DNA from: Azolla caroliniana
Taxonomy: Eukaryota; Plantae; Polypodiophyta
NCBI GenBank assembly: GCA_043228905.1
Contig: JBHGNT010000116.1
Location: forward strand, 14,315 to 78,314
Reading direction: 5' to 3'
Length of the DNA stretch: 64,000 nucleotides
The notes beneath the pieces were generated by a model, which was given only the letters and a program-made list of their open reading frames with translations, made no database searches and was not told the DNA's origin. How positions within the stretch are numbered: position 1 is the first letter of the stretch; each line of letters starts with the position of its first letter. Below, one piece after another: positions 1 through 14,000 of this stretch. The position numbers and the translations under genes are program-made.

Positions 1-3
1 TAC

Positions 4-2606
4 GTGCCGCATGAGAAGCAGAGGAAGCTGGATGCAAAATTGGAGAAGTGCATCCTCGTCGGCTACTCACATGAGCAAAAGGGGTATAAGTGTTATAACC
101 CCTGGATGAAGCAGGTCCGAGTTAGCCGCGATGTTGAGTTTGATGAGACGGCATCGTGGTATGCGGAGGATGAGGCTAGTGAGCCTGAACCGGCCCAGTT
201 AGAAGATGATGAATCCGGGACTCAAGAAGAGAGTCTGGAATCGTTTCGGTTGAGTGGGCCGAACGAGAGAGTGGGTCAATCTGACCAGTCGAATGAGGAA
301 CCAGCGAGTAGTGAAGACTCTACCGTGCTCTCCCCGCGCAAGGAACCGAGGAGATGGTTCACACGCAAAGAGAAGGGGAAGAAGAAGATGCAAGATTATG
401 AAACTGGTAATGATGAGTTGGATCGGAGCGGATCCGACTCCGGAAAGGAACATGACGGTTCTTCGGCACCGAAGACCGAACCGAGTAACATTGGGTTACG
501 CCGGTCAACCCACCAGAAGGAACCTGTTAAGCGGTACGGGTACAATGAGTACATGACGCATCACTATGCGTACATGACCAAGGTGGCGGAAGTGCGTGCG
601 CTGGAGAGCTACGCAGAAGTGGCAAAGGACGCACATTGGCGTGCCGCTATGGAAGAAGAGATGCGGGCACTTGATGCCAACGATACCTGGTTGACCTTCC
701 CCGTCATAGTAAACTGATCGGATGCAAGTGGGTGTACAAGGTAAAATACAACGCCGACGGTTCAGTTAACCGGTACAAGGCCCGGTTAGTGGCAAAGGGA
801 TACGCACAGACCCACGGAATCGACTATGATGAGACCTTCGCTCCAGTAGCGAAGATGACGACGGTTTGTGTGGTGCTGGCAGTTGTTGCGGCAAGGGGTT
901 GGCATCTTCACCCGATGGATGTGAAGAATGCATTTCTTCAAGGAGATCTTGAAGAAGAGGTCTTTATGATACAACCCCCCGGTTTCCAGATGGAGATGAA
1001 CAAGTCGGCGGTATGCCAGCTGAAGAAGTCACTTTATGGCTTGAAGCAAGCCCCCCGAGCTTGGAATGCGAAGATCACGCACAAGTTGCGTAAGATGGGG
1101 TTTGCGGCCTCCAAGTCCGACTCTTCGTTGTTCATCCGGCAAGGTCCGGATGGTCCGGTTTGCATCTTGTTGTATGTTGATGATCTGGTCATCACCGAAC
1201 CCGGACTCGATGAAATCAGCCGAGTCAAGTCTCAGTTATCAGATGCGTTTGAGATGAAGGACCTGAGGGACCTTCATTATTTTCTTAGGATCGAGGTGAT
1301 CCGAACCCCCGACGGCATATTGCTCTCACAAAGGCACTATGTGTTGAAAATGTTGTACAAGTTTGGCATGACGGAATGCCGACCTATCTCTACTCCCCTG
1401 GACCGGAACCAGAAGCTCCGTCCCGACTCCGGACCGGCCTGCGATGAGAAACGGTTCCGACAAATTGTTAGAAGCCTTATATATTTGACCATCACCCGAC
1501 CTGACATCAGCTATCCGGTCGGTGTGATTAGCCAATTCATGCAGAAGCCAACCGTAGAGCATCTTCAGTGCGCACACCAAATACTACAGTATGTGAGCGG
1601 CACGAAGGACCGGGGACTGTTATACCGTCGAGGTATAACCGAAGAGCTGGTCAGTTACACAGATGCCGACTAGGGCGGCGATGCATCAAATCGCCGATCA
1701 ACCTCCAGTTATATGTTTTCCCTAGGTAGTGCGGTTGTTGCGTGGAGAAGCAAAAAGCAGCCAACAGTTGCTCTGTCGAGCACTGAGGCTGAGTATCGGG
1801 GTGCTACCATTGCCACCTGTGAAGCCATTTGGCTTCGGCGACTGCTACAAGACCTATAGATCGAGGTACCGACCCCGATTCTAATCTACTGCGACAACAT
1901 AAACAGCATGCAGCTCGCCAAGAACCCTGTATTCCATGCTCGCACAAAGCACATAGAAGTGCATTATCACTTCGTGCATGAGCGTGTCCTGAGCGGTGAG
2001 GTCGAACTTCGGTATGTTCACACGGATCGGCAAGTTGCCGACATCTTAACCAAACCACTCGGATCAGAAAAGTTGCAGCACTTCACCGAAATGCTTGGTG
2101 TTCAGCATCTTGACGTGCCACACTTGAGGGGGAGAACGGGCAAAAACACTGGAACGGGCAAAGGCAAAGAGACTGTCGCATGCGCCGGTGAGGGAAGAAC
2201 CGATAAAGGGAGAGTCAAGAAGAAGAAAGGAGCCGAATCGACAAAGGAAGTCGACACATCCGAACAAGTCGGAACAAGCGGTAGCGGCGGCAGAGTCAAG
2301 AAGGACAGAGCCGACCGGAAGAAGAAGGCCAAGACCCAGACATGGTTCGATGTGGTGAAGGGCCTAGAACCAGAAGAAGAATCGGGAGCAACCGATTCAG
2401 ACAAAAGCTGGAACGAATCGGAGAGAGTCAATTCGGTTCAACAGACAAATTCGGAAGAACCGGGTCAATTCAAGGCCAAGAGGACGACAAGGCAGCGAAA
2501 GTCGACGCCAACACGAAGGAATCGGCGAACCGGCACACGCCGAAGTCACAACAGCGAGGGAGCGGAATTAGGCCTGTTGAACAGACAAGCCGACCGAGGA
2601 GGTTGA
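4..2606 (+). pseudogene. Copia pol (INT C-terminus, RT, RNase H) with a basic C-terminal extension, disrupted
   Basis: ORFs 4-717, 732-1673 and 1908-2606. A small deletion near 690 breaks the NDTW..LP...IGCKWVYK motif. TGG>TAG at 1671 truncates YTDADW. Confidence 0.9.
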
Positions 2607-2759
2607 GGTGCGCAGAACAAGAGGGGTCGTGGCAAACAGAACCGGACCGGATGAGGAGCGCGAGCAAGGCGGAGTGACACCAGAAGGAGCCGGGCAGAAG
2701 GAACAGTTGCCACAGACGTTGACACTATGATCGAATCTCAAGTTGAGCTTGAGGGGGAG

Positions 2760-2947
2760 TGTTGAGCGGCAAGCTCAATTGGAGCCGGATCGGCTAAATA
2801 AGCCTGAGCCGGTGAGCCGATGAGCACCTGGTGAGCTGGGGAGCCGGTTAGTCGGATCCATCAGTAACCGGAAGCAGCTAGACTACTAGGGAGTTATTAC
2901 TCTTGTAGTTAGTGTCAGACGCTCAAGTGAGCATTGAAGTACACCGT
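2760..2947 (+). repeat. Copia 3' LTR, left segment
   Basis: Begins TG immediately after the PPT; interrupted after CCGT (2944-2947) by element A. Confidence 0.8.
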
Positions 2948-3476
2948 TGTCGCGTTGTTACACGCGTGCGTGTAGAAGGGGCGGGACCACGGGGGTCTCG
3001 GACTAGGGAATAGAGGAGAAAGAATAAGATATGTTTGGAAGCTTAGCTCAAGAGGAGAAGAAGAAAGAATAAGATCATGACATAGGAGGAGAGATCGGCG
3101 GATGTAAGATACTCAACAAGATGTATAAAACAAACGAATGATTACAACAATGGTGGCTACCTGGGCCGCACCAAACGACTATGAGAAAACCCTAACCGAA
3201 GATGAATAAGGAAAACCCTAAACAAAACCCTAACCCTAAAACGGTAAGAACTCTAGACTAAGTGGTATACCTCTCATACGCAAAATAGGCAACCCCTTCA
3301 TAAGTGACCCCTCCCTTCCTTTTATAGCCCAAGGAGGGAGGGACCTTACAATGTGGGATAAAATTTTCCCCTCTCTTTCTATACACCATATCCTAGTATA
3401 CATGTGCACATGTTGCACACCACCGACTTGCCCTTTCCACCCCGGTTTCCGCCTATGGACGAAAATCTTCACGACA
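2948..3476 (-). repeat. Element A 3' LTR (529 bp)
   Basis: TGTCG...CGACA termini; near-identical to 25757-26185 plus 31847-31930; contains several AAACCCTAA telo-box motifs. Confidence 0.9.
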
Positions 3477-5823
3477 TCCGCCCCCACCAAACCACACATC
3501 CACCGGTATGTGCCAAGAAGGGGAAAGAGGTGAGATTTTTGGCCATGGCGGTCAACCGAGTCCTTAGCGTCTTTGTCAGCTTTGCCTGACTTCGTCTTCC
3601 ACTTCGAGCAAGCCCATCCGTCCCACATGGACCACCGTAGCCTCCTGGCCCGCCATATCCGTCGTTTGCTCTCGAACCGTCGGCTCCATCCGATCCACCA
3701 TACTCGACGGAGTTCGCCGAACCACTGTCTCCGCTCGGTCCGCCAGACCCGGTCTTCGCAAACCTCTCTTTGCCTTCCTCAGTTTTCCGTGCGCGACCTT
3801 GGACCAAATCCTCGTTCTTCCCGACTGTTTGCCGAATATCGCACCGTGTTCTCTTCGTCCACGCATGTCTTGCCTCGGCCGCTTCCTCGACTCGGCACTG
3901 TCGCGCGCCGAACTTCGTCGTCGCTCATCCTCATGCTCGTTGCTCGGCCCTTACGCGGCCACATCGCACGTCTCGCAGTTCGCTCCGCTTTGCGTACCAT
4001 TTCGAAAAGGTACGTTGCTTCCCCAACATCCGTGTCGGTGCTCTCGTCTTCGGTGTCCTCCGCAACCTCCGATGTTGCCGCTTCTCCCCGAGGTACACCC
4101 TCTTGGTCCATCTCGTATGTCCTCTGAATGCGATCCGGATCTCTCCGATCGCACTCCGGTTTCTGCCCTTTGCTTGTTGCTCCTTTGGGTTTATCGTCCC
4201 CGCATGCCGAACACCTCGGTGTGTCGACTCTTCCCGCTCCGCGCTTGCCTTCCGTAGGCTCTTCCCGTGCGCCGATGTTGTCCCCCTAATATACGCTCAT
4301 TCTTTGGCCCTTAGGCGACCCCATTCCGCGTTCCTTGCTTCTCCTTTGCCCGTCGTGCTCTCTCGTCGTAGAGTGTACCGTCATCCCGACCTTCGTGTCG
4401 GTGTCCCTCGAGGCTCCCGTTACCGCCTCGCCTTGACTTGCGCCCTCTTGGCCCGCTTGGCCTTGCATGCCCTCCGGGAAGCCGCTGCGTTTTCTCTTCC
4501 CGGTGTGTACCCCGTTGTTCTCCGCGTACCATCCTTTGCTCTCGCCTCCCATCCGCCGATCCCGGCAACTCACTGCTTCGTCTCCTACCGCGTGCTTGCC
4601 TCTCAAAGGCTCAAGTGGTCCGTCGTTGCCGGTCACTCGTTGCCGCTCTTCCGGGTGCATGCTTGCTTCTTGGCCCTTTGCCGGCCGTAGTGCATGATCC
4701 GTTTTACGCCGTAATGCATGCTTCATGTTACACGCTTCTCCCGCCGTAGTCCCGACCTCCGCGTCGGCCTCTTCTCCCTTAGTTGCCGTAGCCCCTTCCC
4801 ACCCCGGCTTATCGTCTTGGGCCCCCTCGTCCGTCATTCCGTATTGGATACCCGTTCCGATATCCTCCTCTTTGGTCTTACGTCGATCCACAACCGCCAA
4901 AGTCTCTAGAATAGGTGGGGAGGGTCCCACTCGTTTCCGGTCTTCCACAGAACCGTAGTCATCATGCCCGCTTGGCCTCCTTCTCGTGCTCACCGGCTCC
5001 CACCGTGTGTTGCGACTCGTCTTCCCCAATCTCCAATCATGCCGGTTTGGTCCTTGCTCGGTTTGATCCTGATTGATCATGTTCTGGTTCGGTCGGCTCC
5101 CTTCCGTAATCGTAACCGGCCGGTACATATTTGTCAGAACAAATCCGGCCTTGCCAGCTCTTCTTCGGTTCCGGCTCGATTGACTGGACCCCGCTCCAAT
5201 CTTCTTCCGCGTCGTCTTCCGGTCGTGTCGGATTATTGACCCGTTCATCTTCTAGTTCATCTTCCCAATTCTCTCCTCTTTGCCGCTCCCGACCTCTCCG
5301 TCGGTCCTCTTATATAAGCCCATTCCGGGCCTTGCATCCTCATCTTCGTACTTGTTCGCTCCGGGGAACGCCTCCTCACGGCCACCGCCCTTCTCTCCGG
5401 TCTTATGTTGGCATTCGAGCGCAACCACCGAAGTCTCCGGCCCCGATGTCGAGGGGTCTCTCCTCCGTCCGCTACGACCTTCCTCGTCGTCGTTTCAGTC
5501 ACCCGCTTTGCCGCCACCATCTTCCGTCTCTCCGGTCTCACGTGGGCTCTCAGGGCCGGCCGCCGAAGTCTCTAGAATAGGTGTGGGAAAAGTCCCGGTA
5601 CCGTTACTCGCCGATATCATGTTCGTAGCCACCTTCGTTCGGACGCCGTGGTCCGTGGCTATATCTTCCTCGTTCTCCTTGTCGTTGTCTTGGTTGCCCG
5701 CCTTGCCGCCGCCACCGTTCATCACTCTAGGTCTCACACCGGCTCTCGGGCTTCCATCACGATCTTTGCCATCATCTCCTCAAAGTCGAAGTCTTCTTCC
5801 ATCTCCATGCTCCCTTGCCGCCC

Positions 5824-5841
5824 TTCACGTCGGGTTCACCA
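5824..5841 (-). promoter_or_regulatory. Primer-binding site complementary to the 3' end of tRNA-Trp
   Basis: TTCACGTCGGGTTCACCA on + equals the last 18 nt of plant cytosolic tRNA-Trp(CCA) as I recall it. The same PBS or a 1-nt variant follows the 5' LTR of B, D, F, G and H; it is truncated in E. Confidence 0.85.
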
Positions 5842-6839
5842 AAGATGTCGCGTTGTTACGCGCGTGCGTGGAGAAAGGCAAGACCACGGGGGTCTTGGAC
5901 TAGGGAGTGACGGAGCGTAGGAAGTCGTACTTCACCGTTTCCGGGCATCCCAGAAGCACACCGGAAGCAACCGAAAGGAGAGAGAGAAAGAGAGGGAGCG
6001 CACGCTTGACACCGACTCGCACACACACACACACACACACACAGGCCGACCCGACTCACGCCCTTATGTACAGGAAACGCAGGAAAGGGGGAGCACCCGA
6101 CACCAACAGAGACATGAATATGCACAGACAGATGCAAATGTAAGTACTACAAGGGAAAGAATACAACCCCGGCTTCGAGCCGGACCAAGCTAGGGTAGGT
6201 TACAACAGCAGTCTACAACCAAGCCGCCGTTCGGGGAGCTCTCGGGCTCGTCACGCGGAGCGGGGTCTTGCACAGGAGACCGAGCAACAACAACCCTCAA
6301 CAGTCCACCCACACCGCGAAGAAGAGGAAGAAGAAGTAGAAGAAACCTAACTATAAACCTTACGGTATACCCTCTAACACAAAAATGGGCAACCCCTTTC
6401 ACAAAGGGCGTTCCCTTCCTTTTATAGAACAAGGAGAGGGATGCGTTACAATGTGGGATAAATCCCGACTTACATGGGATCGTCTGTCCCGACTGGACTA
6501 CTCTTCGGCGCCATAAAGGCGCCCTCGTTATTCACACTAAATGTACAAGGGTGAGCACACATGTTGCACCCCGCCGATGTAGCCAATGTTTCCCGGTTTC
6601 CGCCTTTGGCCGAAATTCTTCACGACATCCGCCCCCACCAAACTGCATGTCCACCAATACGTGCCAAATCCGGTGAAGGGTGAGAGATTTCGGCCGGTGA
6701 GAAACCGGTCTTCCGTAATCCGCATCCCGGCTCGCTACCGGTTTGATCCGTCGGCTTCAGTTCTTCATTCGCACTTACCTCCCCGTAGGCTCATTCGACC
6801 CATCGATGGGTCCTCTGCCGTGATCTCCGTTGTACGCGT

Positions 6840-7556
6840 TGTCGTGAAGAAAACCGTCCATAGGCGGAATTGGCGCACCTAGGCGTGGGAACCGGTTCTT
6901 CACGCGCACAAGCTCCAAGTTGTACGAAGAAGCGAGTTAGGAGGATAATCGGCAGGAACGGGCCCTAACATAGGTGGAGACAAAGACCGCGCGAACAGTC
7001 TTTTCGGTCGCGCGCGCGAGCTAAAGGACGGCCTGCTCGTCGGGCTATATAAGAGCAGGAAAGAGCTGTTGCGGAGATATATCGCGCGGAGAGGACGAAG
7101 TGCTGTCGGACCGTTTCTGGACGCTTCTCTCTCCCTGTTTCCTTCCTTCTTGAGCTCCATAGCTTTCTGTGCAGGGTTCCGAGGAGGCTCGCGCTGCTTC
7201 GAGGAACGCCCGAGTGCTTCCGGCAGCACCTCCAACCTGCTAACCCCCTTGCCCTGTTTTGTGCGTCGAAGCGAGCAGGCATCGGCATCTGTTCGCCGGC
7301 CTGTTCGGTTGTAACCAACCTGTGCCCCATCGAGGGTTGTAGTAGTGTTAGCCATTTTCTTAATATACATATTAAGTCATTCGCATCTGTCTGTGTCGGT
7401 GTCTGTTCGCGTTCTCCGTGCTGAAGGGCCGTGTCCCTGTGTATCCCCAGTCCTGCGTAGCCGGTCCTCTCTCTTTCTCCTCCCTCGCTTGCTCTTTGGT
7501 TCGAGACCCCCGCGGTCCCGCCTCGATTACACACGCACTTGCGTAATATCTCGATA
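6840..7556 (+). mobile_element. Solo LTR C (717 bp)
   Basis: TGTCGTGAAG...CTCGATA flanked by TSD GCGT (6836-6839 and 7557-7560). The homologous region of element I (~44630-44710) is uninterrupted. Confidence 0.9.
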
Positions 7557-8439
7557 GCGTACTTCCGTTGGCCCTTGTTCGGCCGTATGAATGCCCCACT
7601 CTCCGTCGTATGCCCGATGTCCTCCGCTTGAGGAACGCCCATAGTGGCCCGCTTGGCCTCCGTTGACCATTCGTGTTGTCCTGATTGCCGTCCCATGTTG
7701 TTTCGCGTTGCCTTCGTCCTCTCGTCGCCACCTTCCTTCTCCATGGTCTTACATCGCCGCGTCCACTTGAACCGCCATGGTTTCCGGAACGGTGTGGAGG
7801 ATCCTTTTCTGGCCTTCTACGCGCTACATCCGAACCGCGCAACCTATCTCCGTGCTCGCCTTTCCGCTCCGGCACCTCCGGGTGCCACATAACCTCGTCC
7901 GTTGTTTGGCACTACCTGTGCCGTACTTCGGTTCATTGCACGCCTTGTCGGCCCCTTTCCCGGCCAGATCGTGCATCGTCGCTCACCCGCATACTGGTGT
8001 CCTCCACATCCGAGGAACACCCCGTAGTAACCCGCTTGGCCCTTCCCGTCTTCGTGCAGCTATAACAGGTCCTCAGTCTTCCGCTTGCCGTCATCCCCTC
8101 GCCCCCACCAGCTTGCCGTGTCAATCTTCGCTACTCTGACTAAGCTGCAGAGATCTACGAAGTGAGTGTGGAGGATCCTCCTCCGGACTCCCTTGTCATC
8201 CCCTGACTCCGACCCTATGCAGTCCACTATGCACTCGTCACCTCGTTCCCGGCACCTCCCTTGTGTCGTCTTCCGCTTCCTTTGTTCGGCTCCGCCCGTG
8301 CCGAACAATGTCCCGTAGTCATGCTTCGATCCGGCCCACGATGGCCACTTGCGAGACTCTTGTTCCGTCCTAGGTGTGCCTTTCTGGCCTGACACACCTC
8401 CCCGTGTTCGCCCTACCGGCTACTTCCTCGTGTCTTCCG

Positions 8440-9550
8440 CGTAGTCGGGTCCCGTTTCCCGCCGCCACCAACCTTCTCTCTCGGTCTCATTTTGCCATGT
8501 TGGCCGAACTGCCGGAGTCTCTAGTTAAGTGTGGGGATCCCGTAGGACCAGACTTCCTTACGCCCATTCACCTCGTCGGAAGGTTTGAGATGGTCCGTAA
8601 CCACCTTGCCGGCCTCATACCTCCTTGCCGTTTGTTGCCTCCTATCGTCCGATCACTTTCTCCTACCGCCACCGATCTCCCCTATAGGACTCACGTCGGC
8701 ACTCGGGCCGTCTGCCGGATCGGTGTGAGTGTCTTCGTGGGACCTCCCCTTCTGGCTTCGGTTGCCCGCCTTGCCGCCGCCACTGTCCCTTACTCTAGGT
8801 CTCACGCCTCCTCTTGTCGTTGGCTGCCGGAGTCTCTAGAATCGGTGTGTGTAAGGTCACAGCTGCTCCGCTCTGCCTTCGCCATTCTCTTCTGTTGGTC
8901 TCATTCACCTACCACCATCGTCCTTTCCTATAAGACTCACGCAGGCTCTCGGGCCGACCGCCGGATCGGTGTGAGGATATCCATAGACCGCCCATCCGTA
9001 GCCCTTTGCCTTCATCCCTTCGTCGCCACCGTTCGTCACTTTAGGCCTCGCGCCGGCTCTCGGGCCGACCGCCGGTTTCTGTAGAGCCGGTGTGAAGGAT
9101 CCTCCTCGGGCTTGCCATATCTCTGACCCTTATCCCGGGTCTTCCTTCTTTCGTATGTCGAGAGGGTGGCTCGCTCCACACCCTCTCCTATGGTACCAAC
9201 GTACCGTGTTCCCGGCCTCTTCGTAGGCCTGCTCTCTCCCTCCCTCCCAGAATGGGTTTCCGGAAGTCCGTTCCGCCCGGTTCTCATCCGGGTCCATCCG
9301 TCATTCTCTGGATTGTCGGGTCCCATTCTCCAGTCGCCACCAGCCTTCTTCCTAGGTCTCACGTTGCCACGTTGGCCGAACTTCCGGGGCCTCTGGACTG
9401 GTGTGGGGATCCTGTAGGACCGGTCATCGTTCTCCTCTTCATCCCTTGTACTTCTCTCGAACTCGTCGTTTCTCTCCTCTTCGTGTTCTCGCCTCCATCT
9501 CCCATCTCCCTAGGTCTCACGTTGGCGCTCGTTACCGGCTACCTGAGGCT
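8440..9550 (-). repeat. Degenerate tandem array of ~90-120-bp modules inside element B
   Basis: Recurring motifs GCCACC...CCCT(A)GGTCTCACG...GCCGGAGTCTCTAG..GGTGTG; related modules occur in A, G and I. Boundaries are approximate. Confidence 0.6.
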
Positions 9551-9899
9551 CCGGATAAGACGTGGTGCTTCCGTCCCATAACGATTTGCGGACGCTCGTT
9601 CGGGGTACTGCTCCCAAGTACGTTCGGTGAGAAGCATTTGGTCTATGATCAACCAAGCCCCGCCTGGGCTTGGTTCTCCAATATCCGTAGTTTCGGTTCT
9701 GATGCCGACCTCTCCGAACTCATTCTGAACCCTTGACCACTTCCCTTCCAATTCCCGACCTTCGCCCGGTCGGTCTTTCTCCCCATGTAAAAGAGGGCGG
9801 CTCGTCCCGCACCCTCTTCCGTATCGGCACTTTCATGCCGAATCCGGCCCCGATCGAACGATCCATGACCGGATTACGCTCCATCCAAATCGGAATGCC

Positions 9900-10319
9900 G
9901 ATCTTCTCGTGTCGCCTCCGTCCTCGGCCTCCTCGCAAGCCGTTTCCCATCCATCTTCGCTGGCATCATGCCAGGACTCCTCGTCGGCGCCTTCCTTCTC
10001 TCCGGTCTCATGTCGGCACACGGGCATGACTGCCGGAGTCTCCGGAATCCACGTGGAGGGCTCTTCTCCGCTCCCGACCTTGTCCTCAGTCGGCAATTCT
10101 CCGCAAGTCGAGAGGGCGTTTTGTTCCACACCCTCTCTCGTGGTACCGTCGTGCCGATCTTCCGCCATCTCGTGGGGCAAGACTGTCTCCTCGGTCTCAG
10201 CTTGGGGCCTCGATCTTTCCTCTTCCTCGAGCATCGCCTCGAGAGCTACATATGCCTCCGCAATCCTAGCCCCAACGCCGACCCTTGCCAGCTCCCTTTG
10301 CCGTTCAGCCTCTTCCCGC
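9900..10319 (-). pseudogene. Element B Gag-like ORF, C-terminal acidic part
   Basis: Removing element D and one TSD copy joins ...DDVPSQR to EEAERQRELAR...WIPETPAV... in frame. The distal end is approximate. Confidence 0.7.
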
Positions 10320-11029
10320 TGTCGAGGTATTCCTCGCGGATGCGTGGAATGAGGCGGGACCTCGGGGGCCTTGTACCGAAGAGCAAGAGAGAAAGGAGAA
10401 GGGAACCCACTACGTGCGAGCGTAGATTCGCAGGGACACGGCCCTTCGACACAAAGACGCGAGTGGGACAGTGACACAGATAGACACGAATGTATGTATG
10501 TATTAACAAAGACAAACAACAAGAACACGAAGTCGGTTACAACCGAACAGGCCGGCGAACAGATGCCGATGCCTGTTTGTAAACGCACAGAAAGAAAGGA
10601 GTAGGTTGGAGGTGTTGCCGGAAGCACTCAGGCATTCCTCAGAGTAGCGCGAGCGTCCCGAAACCTGCGCAAAAAGAAGCTATGGAGTTTGGAAGAGAGA
10701 GAAGCCTTCGGCCCACAATCCGACAACACTTCGTCCTCTCTTACTTCGCGATCCCTTTTTCCCTCCTCGTCTCCCTCCATTTATAGGCAAGGAAGGAGCC
10801 GTTTCCTATTAACTTCCTACCTACCGACTCTACCTACCTAGGATCGTGCATGACCCTAATTCTCTCTTATGTACACCATAAGGCGTACACGCATGAAGAG
10901 CCGGTTCCTATGCTCCGGCACACCGATTCCGCTCGTGGATGGTTTTCTTCACGACATCCGCCCCCACCTAACCGCGCATCCACCGGCATGCACCAAATCG
11001 AGTTGGGACGGAGAAAACCGGTCCAGCCT

Positions 11030-14000
11030 TCATTCCCCGCCCGTCGGCTCTTCTTCGGTTTCGGATCGTTCGTCGTCCCGGTCCAGGTTAACCGGATCCG
11101 GCTCGTCGTCGTGAAGCTTCTTGAACGCTTTGATCCGCTTCCCAGCTACTGGTATCGCCATTCTCGTGCCGTCGAGTTCCGCCAGATGGTACGTCCCGTT
11201 GTCGTTGGCGCTTTGTACCACGTAAGGCCCGAACCACCTTCTTGCGAACTTCCATGTCGCTCGGTGCTGGTTGTCGAGGCTGCTGTCGTAGACTAGCACC
11301 CAGTCGCCTTCCTCGATCTTCTTCGGTCGGAGCCGGTGCGTTCGGTCGAACCGGGCTTTGTTCCTCATCCTTGCTTCCCGAAGCTTTTCCGCAGCCTGCT
11401 CCACGTCCTCCGGTCTTCGCTCGAGCTGTCGTATACGCGCCGCCAGCAGTTCCTCCCGGCTCATCTCGTCTCTCCAATCCACGGTTGCCCACGAGGAGAT
11501 CGTACGTTCCATCGGCATGACCGGCTTCTGCCCAAACATGAGCTCTGCCGGCATGAATCCGGTTACCGAACTATGCGTAGATCGGTCAGCCCACAACGCG
11601 TAAGGCAGCAGTCGCGGCCAGTTCCCGACTTGCCCCCCGCATGCCCGAACTAACGCCTTGACGATCGGTCCGTGTCCGCGCTCCACCTTCCCATTCGCCT
11701 CCGGATTGTACGCAGTGGTAAGCGAGAGCTTGACTTCTAGCCAGTCGAACAGCTCCTCGGCTTCTTCGGCGTCCAACTCCCCGCGATCAGCCACGATCTT
11801 CCCGACACACCCGTACCGGCATATCACGTCCTCGATCAGGAACCGACATACGGCCACGGTCGTTTTGTTCTGAAGGGCCCGGCCTTCCACCTGGTTCGTT
11901 AGATCTTCCCGAGCCAGGACCAGATACCGCATCTGTCCTACGCCCATCGGCATCGTCACCAGATCTACAATCCATTTGAAGTGGATGGTCGAAGGGTACG
12001 TAGGGTGAAGCTCATCCCGATGCCGAACTATGGAGTGCATCTGGCAGCTCTCGCAAGTTGTCACGAACTGATGCACGTCCCGGTACAGTCCCAGCCACCA
12101 GTACTTCCCCTTTATCTTCTCGAACGTGGCCCACGTTCCACGGTGACCAGCCCAAGGGTTGTCATGGTAAGCCGTCAGCAACTCCTCTTGTTCTTCCTTC
12201 ATCGCCACCACCCGGAGCGGGACGCCGTTCCTCTTCTTCGGGTGCTTCCATAAGTATCCATCCTAGAGAAAGAATCGGTAAGCTTTCTTCCGGATCTGGT
12301 TCGCCTCGTCCTTCGTCCATGACGCATCCGGCGTCATTGTCCTCAAAAATCCACCGATCTGGAGCCACTCGCCGTCGTACTTGCTCTCGTCGAAGTCGTT
12401 AAGTGCCGGAGTGCTCGTCCCATCGGTCGTCACGTACGCTGCCTAGAAGAAGTCCACGCCGACTTCTTCGTCCTCCGAAACCATGCCGCCCTCGTCATCA
12501 AACCTCGCCCTCGAAAGCATGTCGGCCATGGCGTTGTCCTTTCCGGAAATGTGCCGTATTTCCGGATCCAGGGACTTGATGTACGCTATCCACCTGAGCA
12601 TCGCTAGGTCCGGTGTCGCGCATCCGGAAACCATGCCGAGAATTGGCAGGCAATCCGTCTCGATAATCACTTCCGTCCCGATCAGGTAGTCTTTGTCGGC
12701 CTTTACTGCCGAAACGATACCCCAGAGTTCGCGTTTGACCTGGGCGTACCCTCGCTGTCGCTCACTGAGGACCTTAGCGCCGAATTGGATCGGGAACCGG
12801 GTGTCGTCCACGTCTTCTTGGTGGACGACCCATCCGATCCCGGTCGGGCTCGTATCCACCGTTATGTATACCGGGGTACCCTTCTCGTAGACAGCCTTCC
12901 AGAGCGCCAGTTCTGCCGCAAGAGCTTCCTTCAGCTTCCGGACCGACTCCGTGTGCTCGTCTCGCCACTTGAATTTTCGCCCTTTCTTCAGCAACCCGTA
13001 TAGCGGCTCCGCAACGTGGGCGTAATGCGGGATCCATATGTGGTAGAACGCGCATGCCCCCAGGAACCTTCGAACTTCCGTAACCGAGCTACAGTCGGCC
13101 TTCATCGCGGAGATGGCTTCTACCTTTGCCGGAGACGGCTTCCGGCCATACGGTCCACACAGGTGTCCGACCACCAGGATTTCTGATTGCCCAAAGGCCG
13201 ATTTCTCCCCGGAGAAGGTGAGCCTCGCATCCTCTAGCCTTTGTAGCACCTTCTCGCAATCGTCGATGTGTGTTGCCACGAATCGCCGTCATCCGTCCGG
13301 CCCGACTGTCCCATCCTTCTCTTCCACCGGGCACCCCTTGATCGGGATGTCGTCTAGAAATGGCATGGTGATGTTCGGGATGCAATCCCTCAGTACCTTG
13401 TTCATTGCATTCACCATGTGGGCCACCGAGTTGGTCCCTCCTTGTGGCAAGGTACACATTCGCACTAGGCCGAGGGGAGTTCGCATCGTCGTAATGTCTC
13501 TGCTCTCCACGGCTAGCTGGAATTGGTCGTACCCCGAGTACAGATCACCGACCGAATAAATCGACCTTCCGGCGAAGGCCTCCGCGAACTCGTCTATGGT
13601 CGGTCCGATCCCTGCGTTCCGAATGGTCACTCTGTTGACCGGCTGCAGATCTTGAATGAAGCGCAATGTTCCGTTTTTCTTTGGTACGGGAAACCATCGG
13701 TTCGAGTATGGCGCGCTCGACGGTTCGAGAATACCCATATCGACTTTCTGCCTCAGTAGCTCCATCAACTCCGGGATGTGAGCTCTTGGTACCGGAATCG
13801 GTTTGAGATTCCACGGCACATGCGGCACCGTGAATATCACCATCGGCTCCACGATTGTCGGGTCTACGCACCCGATCTCTTCCGGCAAAAATGCGAAGGC
13901 TTTCCCGTGCCTTCCGAGCATTCTCCGAAACCAGTCTTCCTCCGCCGGCAGTAGGAACCCGCCCCCACCGATCTTGAGCTCCCGGAGCGTCCCGTCGGTG

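Noticed and set aside
3186-3241. AAACCCTAA repeats (also near 25980-26030, 62008-62024 and 63914-63928) as interstitial telomere
   Set aside because: Only 2-4 scattered units, consistent with common telo-box motifs.
3477-10319. Many overlapping 100-300-aa ORFs on both strands
   Set aside because: GC-rich, stop-poor retroelement DNA with no domain motifs; treated as shadow ORFs.
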